Shown here piece by piece: positions 24,447 to 36,474 of a DNA stretch of 64,000 bases (the first letter of the stretch is position 1; each line of letters begins with the position of its first letter). This DNA comes from Octopus sinensis (taxonomy: Eukaryota): assembly GCF_006345805.1 (NCBI RefSeq), contig NC_042998.1, forward strand, positions 77,686,001 through 77,750,000, written 5' to 3'. The notes under the pieces are model-generated. The model searched no databases. It was given only the letters and a program-made list of their open reading frames with translations, and was not told the origin of the DNA. The translations under genes and the position numbers were made by a program.

Positions 24447-24712
24447 CTCTAGCCTTGCATAATTCTCACAGACCTAGGTTTCAGGGTTTGTTATCCGCCT
24501 TCAGTTTGAGACAATCACTGCCTAATGATGAAGGCTCTAGCCTTGCGTAATACTCACAGACCTAGGTTTCTGAGTAGTTATCCGTCTTCAGTTTGAGTCA
24601 ATCACCGGCTGATGATTAAGGCTCTAGCCTTGCGTAACATTCATAGACCTAGGTTTCTGGGTATTTACTCCTCTTCAGTGTGAGACAGTCAGCGGCTAAT
24701 GATGAAGGCTCT
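24447..24712 (-). ncRNA. Tandem array of three 87-88 bp units, each with a minimal type-I hammerhead-like motif
   Basis: Unit starts at 24447, 24535 and 24622. Middle copy revcomp CTCAAA-CTGAAGA-CGGATAACTACTCA-GAAA-CCTAGG-TC-TGTGAG. ACCTAGGT palindrome and GUC triplet in all three. Confidence 0.7.
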
Positions 24713-25080
24713 CCCCATTTGCAAATACTGTATCTATGTAAGCAAAACGCCGATCTCGTAAAGAGACAAACAAGTTGTTTCAAATCTCTGAGCGAGAGAT
24801 GTTCAGTAACAGTACCGAACAGAAACGTAATATGGCAGTCCCATTAAAGGGTGGTGTTACTGTTATTTAAACCCAGGAAAATATCTTTCCTAGTTGGATA
24901 GCGGAACACAGTTTGTGCCCGTGTAGTATTAGGTCGTGTTACTTTATATCTCTCGCTCAGAGATTTAAAACAAGTTGTTTTCTGTTGAAGAGATCAGTGA
25001 CAGTATGAGCGACTTTGCGTCGTTTAAAAATATACAGTATTTGCAAGCCGGGAGAGCCTTCATCATTAGCCGGTGATTGT

Positions 25081-25125
25081 CTCTCACTGAGGACGGGTAA
25101 CTATTCAGAAACCTAGGTTCGTGAG
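25081..25125 (+). ncRNA. Fourth, inverted copy of the array hammerhead-like motif
   Basis: CTCTCA-CTGAGGA-CGGGTAACTATTCA-GAAA-CCTAGG-TT-CGTGAG. Confidence 0.6.
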
Positions 25126-25209
25126 TATCACGTAAGGCTAGAGATTGGAGCTATGACCTCCCTTGATTATAAATATTACAAATCGTAATATTACTTTCAT
25201 ATTGGAGGG

Positions 25210-25670
25210 TTGTGAAATGCGGTGAAGTGGCAAAATTTTTAGCACGCCGGACAAAATACTTAGTGACATTTTATCCGTCTTTACGTTCTGATCTCAACTT
25301 ACGCTGTGGTCGGCTTTGCCTTTCTAGCTCGATAAAATAAGTACCAGTTGACACTAGAGTCGATGTATTCCACTTACTCCTTACCCGGACTTGCTGGTTT
25401 TGTGAGTAGTGAATAGAACTTTAACATATCGTAATATTACTTTTAAATTGAAAGGCGTGTAAAGGCGAAATGGGAAAATCGTTGGCACATACGCAAAGTG
25501 CTTAGCGGCATTTTGTCCGTCTTGGCGTCCTGTGTTCCAATTCCGTTATGACCTATTTTGCCTTTTGAACTCTATAAAATAAGTATCAGTTGACACTGGC
25601 GCCATTGTACTCTACTTACACATTTCAGAAAATTTTTGGTCTTGTGCCAAAATTTGAAACCAACATTATT
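25210..25670 (+). mobile_element. Two adjacent decayed tRNA-derived SINEs (5682 family)
   Basis: About 25210-25390 and 25455-25670 each show ttagcrrcattttrtccgtctt..cgtt/cct..gtt..aa and aaaataagtaycagttgacact. Confidence 0.65.
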
Positions 25671-26754
25671 TTGTATGATGTAATGTAGCGTAATGTCTTT
25701 CAATGTTTCTCATTCTTTTAATGAAATATTCCACGCATTTTCTAAGAATAAAGAATATGTACATATTTTGTGACACAAATATATTACTGGGAATTTTATC
25801 AATACCAGAAATATGAAAGGACCATGAGCAACGGAGTGAATCCCCTGTAGAACGTAAAGGCTAAAAACCACTACACCAAATATTATAGAAAAGTTACGAT
25901 TCTTTATTTAATAACTCTCAATGCTTCACAGGTCTACTATAATCTTAATTTCAGCCCGCTAAAAATCAAGTGTTTCCAATTCTTCTTTCGTGTAGATAGG
26001 TCTTCTGTAAATGTACTATATGTAATGTATGGAATGTAATGTACTTTTTCGAGTTACCAGCTAGGATTTTTGCATTCTAAGAGCCAGTTTTATTGATAAA
26101 CCGAAAGAACATTTTGATCTTAATGTAACATATTATTTTTCTCGCGTTCTGTAGAAAGTTAAACTGTATTAATGACTTCCTCAGATTTATACATATCTAC
26201 ATTATTACTGCAATGATATGTGAGAAAATATTATCATTGCAAAATCTACAGCATGCTGATGAGAATTTAATACTGAATAAAATTTATAAAGAAGTGAATA
26301 TCATATAATGTACAGAACACAATATAATATATTCTCTTATTCTATTCTCATTCTGTTCCTTATTTTGCTAACAAAATTGCGCTCTAGAATAAAAAAAAAA
26401 AAAATTCTTCACACTGAGGCGCATACATACGGATGCGCGCGCGAACATGCATACACACGCACGCACGCATACACACACACACATACAGACACGCATATGT
26501 ATGTGTATATATTCATTTCTAAATTTTACTCGCAAACAATGAGCAAGTATCAGGTATGTCTCGTATAGATTCGTATTCAGAAATGGTGGCACGCATTATC
26601 AAGTAAAAGCTGAAATCTGTCAGAGAGTTTAAAGAAGAATGTAATGGTTGCTATTGTGTTCGATAAGTATTTAATTTATTTCAATAATGACAGAAGTTAG
26701 AGATCTCAGTGTTGTTTAGAAACTGTTAAAGAATTTTTATTTATTTATAATTAT

Positions 26755-26854
26755 TTATTATAATAATGATAATAATAATTGTTATTATTATTATTATTAT
26801 TATTTATCATTATCATTATTATTATCATTATCATTATTATTATCATTATTATTA

Positions 26855-26928
<74 letters not shown>

Positions 26929-26930
26929 GT
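26755..26930. repeat. (ATT/ATC)n trinucleotide microsatellite
   Basis: Directly visible. It explains the poly-Ile and poly-Asn ORFs. Confidence 0.95.
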
Positions 26931-27982
26931 TTATAATTATATAAAAGAGACCACTGGAGTCGTAAATGGAATTATACCGACGCAGTTCATACATTATATT
27001 TTAGTTATTCTTCCTCCTGTTGCAATTTTCATCCTATTTCATTTCGTAATTGTTTCATCCAGATTTTTTCTGGCCAATGTTGACAGTCCTGCATTCAGAA
27101 CGTAGATACGTTGCCCACCGCTTCTCTCTCTCTCTCTCTCTCTCTCACTCGTGCTCTCCCCCCACTCGTTATGCGCACATATACAAACATACATACATAC
27201 ATACACACATACACACACAGGCAAACGCAGATGTATATAATATATACACACACATATATATATATACACACTCACACACACATATTATGTATGTATATGA
27301 AAACATACGGACGCATATATTTATGCAAGATCATGTGTGCATCTATCTTATAATATATAATATTGCTTTACTCCTAGTCTTTTTGTTTATCCTCATGTAT
27401 CACCCTCACTTACATATATGTGTATGTGTTTGTTCGAGTGCACGCGTCTTTCTCTCTCTCTCTCTCTCTCTCTCACACTTTCCTTCTCCCCATCTGTATG
27501 CGTGTTTGTCTCTGTGTATTTATCTTCGTGTGTGTGTGTCAGTATGTGCATGCATACATGTGTTTGTGAGTGGATGCATATATTCATGAATAAATATCTG
27601 TATAGATATACAAGAAATGTCAATACGTTCTTCAGAATTTCAATTCACAATGAAAATTTTTGAATTCTGAATTCCGTTTCTTGAACTCTTCATACAAGGT
27701 AACATCTAAAATGTAGTTTCCTAATTCTTCCTCATATGACATGATGCCGTTTAAGGAAAAAAATTAGTTGAAATAACGGGCCAGTCATATGACTGGGTAG
27801 TCGTTGAACACAGATCTGCTACATCGGAGAAATAACAAAAACAATGTTAAAAGAGCAAAAATTTAATAACCGTAAATAATTTATACTATTTTTAAAAGTA
27901 CTTTTCAAGATAGTTCATCAGCTTATTCCTATATTTTGAGGTGTGTAGCTCGATTATTTGGACGTGTTATCGATGTCTTATA

Positions 27983-28874
27983 CGGGGTGGTATCAAAAGG
28001 TTCTTAGACAAGTTCTGTAGCACCCTAACAGATGGCACAACACGGTTGCGTGCACAGTGAGAGCAAGCAATGACCTTCATGAGGCAGTGTGCCGAGCGGC
28101 ATCGCTGTACTTATTTCTCAAGTTGAGAAATTTGCGGCTTTGTTATCACGTGTATGCTGTAGTCAGCGATTTTTGTCATGGATAGGATGTTGGAACAAAA
28201 GCCAACTTCAAATACTGCGTTAAACCTAGAGATATTGAGCATGCTTCAGCAAGCTTACGATGACGGGGCAATGCGTCGTATACAAAGTTCTGAGTACTAC
28301 GGGCGCTACAAAAGCGGAAGAACGTCCTTGGAAGACGATGGGCGATCTGGAAGACCTGCCACGAGCATCATCCCCGGAAATGTGAGGGAAAAAAATCATC
28401 AGCTTGCGCTTGAGGATCATCGGAAGAAAATCAACGACGTTTGAAGCTTTTGAGGGAGCATTTGGAGAAAGCGACCGGATGTGTGGAGCGCGAAGAATTG
28501 GATTCTTCACTACGACAATGCACCCTCCCACCGAGCTTTCCCCATTCGTGAGTTTCTCACCCAAAACAACATGGCATCGTTTCTGCACCCGCCCTGTTCG
28601 CCAGATTTAGCACCTACATATTTTCCCAAGATGAAAATGCAGCTCAAAGGTCGCCGTTTTAACACCGATGTCGAGATCCAGAATGAATCGCAGAAGGCCC
28701 TCGACTCGCTAAAGGAAAACGACTACCAGGCTGGATTCCAAAAGTGGCAGGAACGCTGGGACCGGTGTATTGCTGCGCAATGTAACTATTTCGAAAGAGA
28801 TGATGTTAAAACTTAGGTAAATAGCTTAATTTTTATTAAACTTAACCGGCCGGGAACCTTTTGATACCACCCTG
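27983..28874 (+). mobile_element. Internally deleted mariner (DD34D-type) transposon with TIRs and TA target-site duplication
   Basis: TA-cggggtggtatcaaaaggttc ... gaaccttttgataccaccctg-TA. Transposase pieces GRTSLEDDGRSGRP (28178-28444) and WILHYDNAPSH..LHPPCSPDLAP..WQERWDRCI (28481-28816). The central part of the transposase is missing. Confidence 0.92.
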
Positions 28875-30096
28875 TAACCTGTCAATTAGCCTCACTCCCT
28901 TATCCTTCCAAAGAACACTACTGTGACCTGGATTTGGTTGACTGATATGAGTAAAGTTTATGTAAATATTGGTCATTTATATAACTTAAGTCGGCATTTG
29001 GAGGCCAACACAGAATTTAGTTTAAATGTAGGCGTTACAGTCTGCTTTGTAATAGTGAATTTTATGGCAAACTTGTATCATGTTAGCCTATCCCAGAAAG
29101 TTCTAATAAAATTCAGTTTATATTTAAAGAAATAATGTGCCCTTTAATTTTATTCTTAGATACGCAGAGATATTGCGACTGGGATAAAGCGGGGGTGGGA
29201 AATATCATATTCTCAGATTGATGATAATATCTAGAAATGTCTTTTGTGAACTACAACACTTCCAGTTGGCTAAATCTTAGATTCAAACGTCTGTCGACGT
29301 AATCATATTTTACAATTTTTTTGAAATTGAACAACCTCTTGTAACAGTAATTACTTGGTAACATTTTAAAAGTATTATTGATAACTAGGAATAGATATAG
29401 AGTAAATGAATTGAAATGAATATTTGGGACTAGAAAGAAAAATATTTGTCTAATAAAAATATAATCATTGCTTCAAAATTAGAAATGTAAAACGAAGAAA
29501 TGTTGGGAGAGGCAGGAAGAGAAAAGTGCAATTGAATTGCGAATGAAATGAAAATAAATATAACATTTTAGAAGTAATGTTGAATAGTTTTAAGTATTTT
29601 AAGAAGATATGTCAGATATCATAAACGTTTTAATATATCTTACTAATTCCTTGGATAGATATTAAAAATAAAAGCAATAGCTCATAGTTGCACTCAAGTC
29701 ACGAAGGAATCTCTGACTAAATAGATCTATCATTATTATTCATGTTAAGAAGATTTCGTTAGGATGAGACAAATTACACCTACTGTGTAATAAGCTACTT
29801 AAAAATGTTCCAATGATATCCATGAGGAACTGTTATTATCAGGTAAGGAAAGGAGATGAGAAGCAGTATTCAATTCTCAGGCTGGAATTATTTGTTGTTG
29901 AATATTCTTGCGCCATATGTATATGTATATGCATATATATATATATATATATATACGAAGTATGGGGGTTTGTTCACAGGTGATCTAAACTACTAGGTAC
30001 GCTACGTAAATGCTGTATCGGATTACCAGAGCACCAAATTTATACCCGAAACAGTAGTTATGGAGCCATTGTAGGTTTCCGAAACAACGGATATAT

Positions 30097-30570
30097 ATAA
30101 TTGTTAAAGAGTACAACAAACGTTAAGACAAGACAAATATCTCAAGTCGTATACGTTATTATTATTGGAAAAATTGAAAGTCTTACAGCTATTTCTGTGA
30201 TATCGCAGGGTATGTGATATTCTGTCATCGGGGATAAATAGGAGAAAATGAGAAGGGTATAGATTAATGAATAGATTTACACACGATTGCACTTCTACAT
30301 GATCGGAAAGTTATACTGTGAAATTTATGCTTCTTCTTTATTTCTTCTCTTTCATCTTATTATTCCTTTTCTCCGGTCCTCCGTGTCGTCATTTCATTAA
30401 TCTATACTTTTCTCATTTTCCCTATTTGTCTCCGATAACAGAATATCCCATACACTGGGATATCCCAGAAACAGCTGTAAGACTTTGAATTTTTCCAATA
30501 GTAATAACGTATATGACTTGAGATGTTTGTTCTTGCCTTAACGTTCGTTGTTCTCTTTAACAGTTACATA
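30097..30570. repeat. Inverted repeat (about 175-bp arms, 120-bp spacer), each arm with a hammerhead-like motif
   Basis: About 30097-30272 matches revcomp of about 30393-30570. Confidence 0.85.
30428..30483 (+). ncRNA. Minimal hammerhead-like motif with ACAGCTGT helix III
   Basis: gtct-ccgataa-caga atatccca tacac tgggatat ccca-gaaa-cagctg-ta-agac. The opposite arm has core ccgatga. Confidence 0.5.
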
Positions 30571-30604
30571 TGTATATATATATATATATATATATATGGT
30601 GGGT

Positions 30605-30635
<31 letters not shown>

Positions 30636-32869
30636 GGTGGGCATTGTATACACATAGGTATGGGTGTATCAATTGAGGTCAACATAAATCAAAATGATAT
30701 ATATGTTAAAACCAATATCTGAGATTATTTAGAAAAGCAATAAAGGGAAGACATCCATTTCTGCATTAAGCGCACACATTTAACATAAGACGCTCCAAAG
30801 TGTTAAGATTCAACAATGACTTTATCAGTTTTCCTTACTTGAAGACAAACTGTTCTGGCTGATCAACATTAAATGACAGTTTCTAATTTAGGCACATGAC
30901 TAGTAATGCTGAAGTGATGGGATTACTTCCCATACCATCATCCTGTTACTTTACTGTTACTTCATTTTATCGGCATAGTTGATAACCCCAGCAATTCAGA
31001 GCACAGTTAGTTGTAACGAATATTATGATGCTTTCTATCCAGCTCGTTAACAATTCTACTAATATACTGAGTCTGCAGATTTAGAAAAACCACAAACTTC
31101 CAAGTGAGTCCCAGTTATATTCTGTGAAATCATTCGAATGCTTAGAATCAAGATCATAACTGTAACAGAAAATTCATGGAAGATAAACTCATCGTACTAG
31201 GGATACGAGTAGCACACTTCCGTCAATGTTTTAGTTGTATTAGAGGAGATTAGGTGGCATCCTTGCTTTTGATGAAAGCATTTAAACGTGAAGAGATAAT
31301 TTCAACTCGGAATTTGTGAAAGATGGACTTATTTTCCAGTAGTATGTCTCTCGTGTACAGGAAATAGATCGTAAAGAATAGAACCTAGTGCCCTGTAGTA
31401 GAGCAGATAGTGTTTTCCATGAGAGAGCAGTGGGTCATGTTATAAGGGATCTGAGAGATTGTTGTTTTGTATTATGTGATCAATGGTATAACGTAAGCAC
31501 GAGCATTATATTAAAAAATAAAAAATAAAAGTTATTTTATTTTAAATAGTGTTTCTTTAGCCTGTAATGCTGACCTGAATAATCATTGTGTCTCTGGATA
31601 AATGAGAGAGAAAATTTACAGTGATATTCGAAAACTGTATAAAAGCGAAATTTTAAATTGTGTCCAAATTTTTATTGGGGAAATGTATATCAGTTTACCC
31701 TCGACATGAGAATTCGGCATATTACACTAATTAAAACTGAAGCAACAATTTAACAGAACATCTGTAATGACTGAAACTACAATTTTCAAAGCTGTAATCT
31801 TCATGAGTAATTATTTTGATACTTTTCACTTTCATGGAAATTAGTCTTTAATAATTAACATAAATTATTGTTTATTTTATAATCAGTAAAGTCTGTTGTA
31901 AGGCGGTTGGTGCGATCATCGATTGTTTCATGATGTTAATTTGGTTATTTGGATATTAATTGTGATTTATATTAATATTGCAGTAATAACGGAAAGTGAC
32001 GATTCAGGTTGGTAAACATTCTGAATCAGTAAACACCGATCTAGTTTCTATAAATTAATTACCATTCATTTCTGTTACCAATTTGCATGAAAATGACACA
32101 ATTATTCATGTTATAACGATACAATATTTGTTTGTTTTGTTTATCATTGTCTGATTCCCTTTAATGTGAATTTATAATCAGCAATTATTTTTATGTCTGT
32201 GATTCTGAAGTTACTTAATAACGGATTATGATGAGTGCGAAGCCTATAGTGCAAATTTTAATCCAAGTTTTAATTCATATATTAATTAATATGTTAGTTA
32301 ATGTTGTGAAGATTTAAAAATGAAATGAATGATATGAAATGAATTCTCACAAGAAAAACCATCCTCCAAACTTAATTATGCTTTTCAAATAATTGCTCTC
32401 AAAATAATTAGGGCTATGTTAGTATATAGTTATGACGAGGTATCAAATATCTGACGTAAATATCTACTCAACGAGAAACTGCAACCACACTAGCAAAATT
32501 GGAAAATGTATTGCTTATTAGATTTGAAGGTTGACCCGAAAGATGAAAGAAGACGGTTGTGGCTTTCATACAAGACTTTTAGTGGTTTAGTGAAATGATA
32601 ATGACAAGTGATAATGACAAATGATGATTCCAGATCATCATTTAAAGGTGTGCATAAGCATAAAAACCAAAATACATACATAAATACGCAAACACATGCA
32701 GACACATTCACATATTGCAAAATTGTATATACAAAACTGTTTGGTTGTGACTGTAATTTGAACTTGCGTCCACAATGTTTGACTTCCCGATTAGATTAAT
32801 TATAATCAGCTGATACGTTAATTTTCAAAGGATGCCTGCAGCAGAAATCAACAGTCATTCAACATGAAT

Positions 32870-33125
32870 CAGGTCTTCTGCTAAATTGAAATTTAGAAAA
32901 GAGAGGAAAATAGATAGCGATAAGGAAAGAAAATGGAAAATCCCGACTCGGAGTGAAGCATTCAAAGAGGGAAAAGAAAGTAGTATAGGTGTTAGATTAT
33001 AGTAAAACAAGGACATACTGTACCATGGCTGTAGACTTGATATCTGCCAGCAAAAGAGAGGAAGGAGAAGACATCTACATACTTAAGTGGTTCAAGAGAC
33101 CAAGAGTTTCGAGCATTGGAAATAC
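32870..33125 (-). mobile_element. Highly decayed LINE 3' coding remnant
   Basis: Minus SLEPLKYVDVFSFLSFAGRYQVYSHG loosely resembles the LxPLxxRRxVxSLSLFYRYYHG region of L2/Jockey-like ORF2. Confidence 0.3.
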
Positions 33126-33179
33126 CTAATACACACAACTACAGACAAACTTATGCAGACACACACACACATATATATG

Positions 33180-33560
33180 CATAGGGTGCGGATGCATGAC
33201 CTTAGGCTGCGATATCTCCAGCATTTCCTTGATGGTAAGCAGGTGTAGTCACCGTTTATCAGACTCACTTTTCCGTAGTTCGTATCTTTGACTAAAAATC
33301 AGACCTGGAAAGAAACGTATACTGAGGCAGGAAGCTTGGCAACTATTATGTCTTCAGACGCTCACTGCCACCTGCCAGTTGTACAAAGCGGTCGCGGGAA
33401 GTTCCACTTTGGCTTATATAGAGGGCTAGAAGTTTTCGTGAGACACTGCAGTTTGTTGAAAATGAAGCAGCTAGTCTGTTCTATGGGTAATCTGCTGAGA
33501 AATCTGGCCTTACAGAGCTACCAGGTTAAGTTCCGGTTCGAGATTAACTCGGGCGACTAA
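33180..33560 (-). mobile_element. Highly decayed mariner N-terminal (HTH) remnant
   Basis: Across frameshifts ALYNWQ..GSERL..ENYGKVSLINGD..LTIKEMLEIS, resembling the mariner VYxW..GRESxED..ENxEKV..LTIREIAE pattern. Confidence 0.3.
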
Positions 33561-34184
33561 ATTGTTGTAAACGACTTCCTCCAATAACCGCCTATTGACG
33601 ACTTTTGGAGTTAAGTAGAACGGCTGCAGTTACGTGTAGGACGTATCCTTCTACTGCCATATTCCATTCTGAAGAACGTCCTGCCACTTTCATTTGCCGG
33701 GGAAGAACAGTTAGCGATTTTAGTGAAAGAGGTTGTGAAGTTGACCAGATCAAAATTGCTGAAAGTAGACATCTTCCTACTTGGCAAACCATCACCATTT
33801 ATTATTTTTTTTTCAATACTTATATGATGAAGGAAGTGAGGCTCAAATTGGAATGTGCTGCTTTCTAGGAAAAACGCTGAATGGTGGAGTTAAGTGGCAA
33901 GAATGATCTGACTGAACGAGTCGACTCTGAACATGCACCCGTAGACTGAGGGAAAGAATGAGGAGTATGCTTTTTTCAAGTGGTCCATGGAGTTAGACGA
34001 GAAGCTCTCAGATTTCCTCCTTTTAGAGATTTATTTCATGCTTGTAATTTTTGTTCCTTTGCTTTTGGAATTTTATTATTTACACGCTTCTATCTAATGC
34101 CGCATTGTATTGTATCATCTTGTACCGATCTTAATCCTTTTGAAAACTTTTAGTTATTAGAAAAGGAACATTACTGTTATTATC

Positions 34185-34410
34185 AGGGCTGGCAGAAATG
34201 TTAGCATGCCGGGCAAAATGCTTACCGGCATTTCTTAAGTTCTGAGTTCAAATTCTGCGGAGGTTGAGTTTTGTCTTTCATCCTTTTTAATGTATCGACT
34301 CCGAAAGGAGTCGATACATTAAGTACTAGTGAAACACTCGGATCGATACAATCGACTTGCTACTTTCCCTCCAAATTTCAGGCCTTGTGCCTATAGTAGA
34401 AAAGATTATT
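34185..34410 (+). mobile_element. tRNA-derived SINE (5682 family)
   Basis: ggctggcagaaatgttagcatgccgggcaaaatgctt..tgagttcaaattc..ccttgtgcctatagtagaaa. Confidence 0.75.
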
Positions 34411-35634
34411 ATAAATACTAGTGATAACAGTCGCAATAGTGGTAGTAGTAGTAGTAGTAGTAGTAGTAGACCTTGTTGTTGATCTAGTGATGTAGCAGTA
34501 GTACTTTTTCTAGTATTTTCTATTTTATTAACCCGTTTATATTATTTTCCTTTCCTACTGCTTCGTTCTGTATGCTTATCTCCCTCTTCTTTGTACATGC
34601 ACTTTATTACTGAATTCCGTTTTAAGTGAATGGTATCAGTGCAATTCTTTGGAATTACTTGAATTTCCAACATTTTCTATTTACTTCATTTTGTCTGGAA
34701 GTAATTCTTGCCTTCACCAACACTTTTATAGTTTCTGTCCATTTGTTGTTTACAATCCTACTTCCTTTAAGTAACAAATATAGATGATAAAATCCATTCA
34801 TTCGTCCTTTTCTTTCTTTCTAACTTCTTTCTTCTCTTCTTTCGTTTTTCTTTCTTTCTTTCCCCCTTCTTTTTCTTTGTTTCATGTTTCCTTTATTACT
34901 GGCATACTACTTGTAACTCTCCTTGACGAAGGAAGAAGAGTCTCTATTTTGGTCAAATTTTAATTTTTTTCAGAATGCCCTGGGAGATAATGCTGATTCC
35001 GACGATGACGACGACATTGACAACGATAGCAACAACAACAATGACGATAATAATGTGTCCAATAACAATAGTAGTTATTTTGTTGCTGCTACTGCTGCTG
35101 ATGATGATACAATTATTGCTACAACTCTGATAATGGTATCAACGGGGATAACAATTATATTACAGGAAAACTGACATTGATACACAGTGCAAACAGTATC
35201 ATTAATAAATTATTCACTTAGTAAATTTGCAGAACTCGTAAAGTGTGAATCTAAAAGGTTTCTAGTATTCTCCTTTGAATTTCAATTTCGAAAAACACGT
35301 TCAGCGATAATATGTTTCACGATTCCCGTCTTTAGAATACTTGACTATAGCCGTTATAGTTTACCCCCAATTCAACTTTGATCAAATAAACCTATTATCT
35401 AAGAGTTCCAATCATGACTTTACCTTCTCTCTGAACAATGTCGGAGATATATATTAGCCAATTTAAAGATGGCGATGTGTGGATTAAGAATACTTTTACT
35501 CAGGTGACAACTTTCGACAGCCATAGCCTATCTGACAAAGGTCATAATTTTATTAAATTGAGAAAACTTATACGTACCTAGGTAACTTCTGCTGTCGAGG
35601 GATTTATAAGTATTAATATCTGTTTTGTAGTTAA

Positions 35635-35830
35635 CGCGGTGAGCTAGCAAAATTGTTAATTCGCCCAGAAATGCTTAGCGGCATTTTATCCATCTTTAAT
35701 TTGCGAGTTCGTAATTTCACCGAGGTCGACCTTCTCTTCGATCGTTTTGGGATCAATAAAATAAGTAACAGATGAGTGCTTGGGCCGTTTTAATCGACTT
35801 GCGCCCTCCCCCAAAATGTGAAGCCAATAT
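35635..35830 (+). mobile_element. tRNA-derived SINE (5682 family)
   Basis: gcggtgagctagcaaaattgttaattcgcccagaaatgcttagcggcatt..gaggtcgac. Confidence 0.7.
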
Positions 35831-35913
35831 CTTATTTCTAACTATGTAGACATTTGTAAATATATGTAAACATATCCATTCTTCCAGCCATTTTTGTATA
35901 TGTACAAACAAAT

Positions 35914-35953
<40 letters not shown>

Positions 35954-36180
35954 ACATATGTATATAAGATTCGTGTGAAATTGCATCACGTGACGTAATG
36001 CAATAGGTATATACGATAAGTGCTGAAGATGACCTTCGAACAAGAGCTCCGACTTCAACTACAACTAAAATAAACAGACCTAGTAATCTAACAATCAATG
36101 GCTGTAAGTACGATAGTTTATCATCGATCAGGTACATATATTGTATAAATAGTGAACGGTTTAGATCATGGAATTCATAT

Positions 36181-36474
36181 ATTTAAATATAATTGTGAAG
36201 ATGGACAGTAGTAGTAGTAGTTATTTAGAAGATTATTTACACTATTTACATTTGACGGACATTTGCCCTCATCTTGTTTGTTGTTAACACAACATTTCAG
36301 CCGATGTTGTCGCCAGCCTTCATCAAGTCTTCTGGGGGAATTTCGAACCTGGATTCTCATTCCTAAGGTATTTTCCCGATGCTATTATTATTAATCAGGT
36401 CACTGCTTGGAATCGAACTCGGAATCTTGGGGTTAGTAGTCCGCGCCCTTAACCACTACGTTATATGCCCACAG
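36181..36474 (-). mobile_element. tRNA-headed SINE carrying an internal hammerhead-like motif
   Basis: Revcomp head gtgggcatataacgtagtggttaaggg..gagttcgattcc (A/B boxes). Internal motif at 36286-36331. Confidence 0.75.
36286..36331 (-). ncRNA. Degenerate minimal hammerhead-like motif inside a SINE
   Basis: Revcomp aagac-ttgatga-a-ggctg gcgacaacat cggct-gaaa-tgtt-gtgtt. Stem I pairs 4 of 5; stem II pairs 5 of 5 with two G.U. Confidence 0.5.

Larger units (their letters stand above)
24310..25165. mobile_element. Rearranged foldback repeat containing a hammerhead-like tandem array
   Basis: Head at 24310-24450 resembles 2003-2150 and 56170-56330. About 24425-24810 is partly mirrored by about 24950-25165, and a second head copy lies at about 24815-24935. 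Confidence 0.65.

Noticed and set aside
24609-24637. Plus-strand CTGATGA followed by an AAGGC-TCTA-GCCTT hairpin, suggesting an opposite-polarity ribozyme in the array
   Set aside because: No GAAA follows stem II (gcgtaa instead), and the other units read ATGATGA. There is no complete hammerhead.
24447-24712. CRISPR-like array interpretation
   Set aside because: The whole unit is repeated with no unique spacers, the context is eukaryotic and no cas genes are present.
27640-27745. Protein-like minus-strand ORF MSYEEELGNYILDVTLYEEFKKRNSEF
   Set aside because: 33 aa, an upstream in-frame stop, no acceptor and no recognisable homology.
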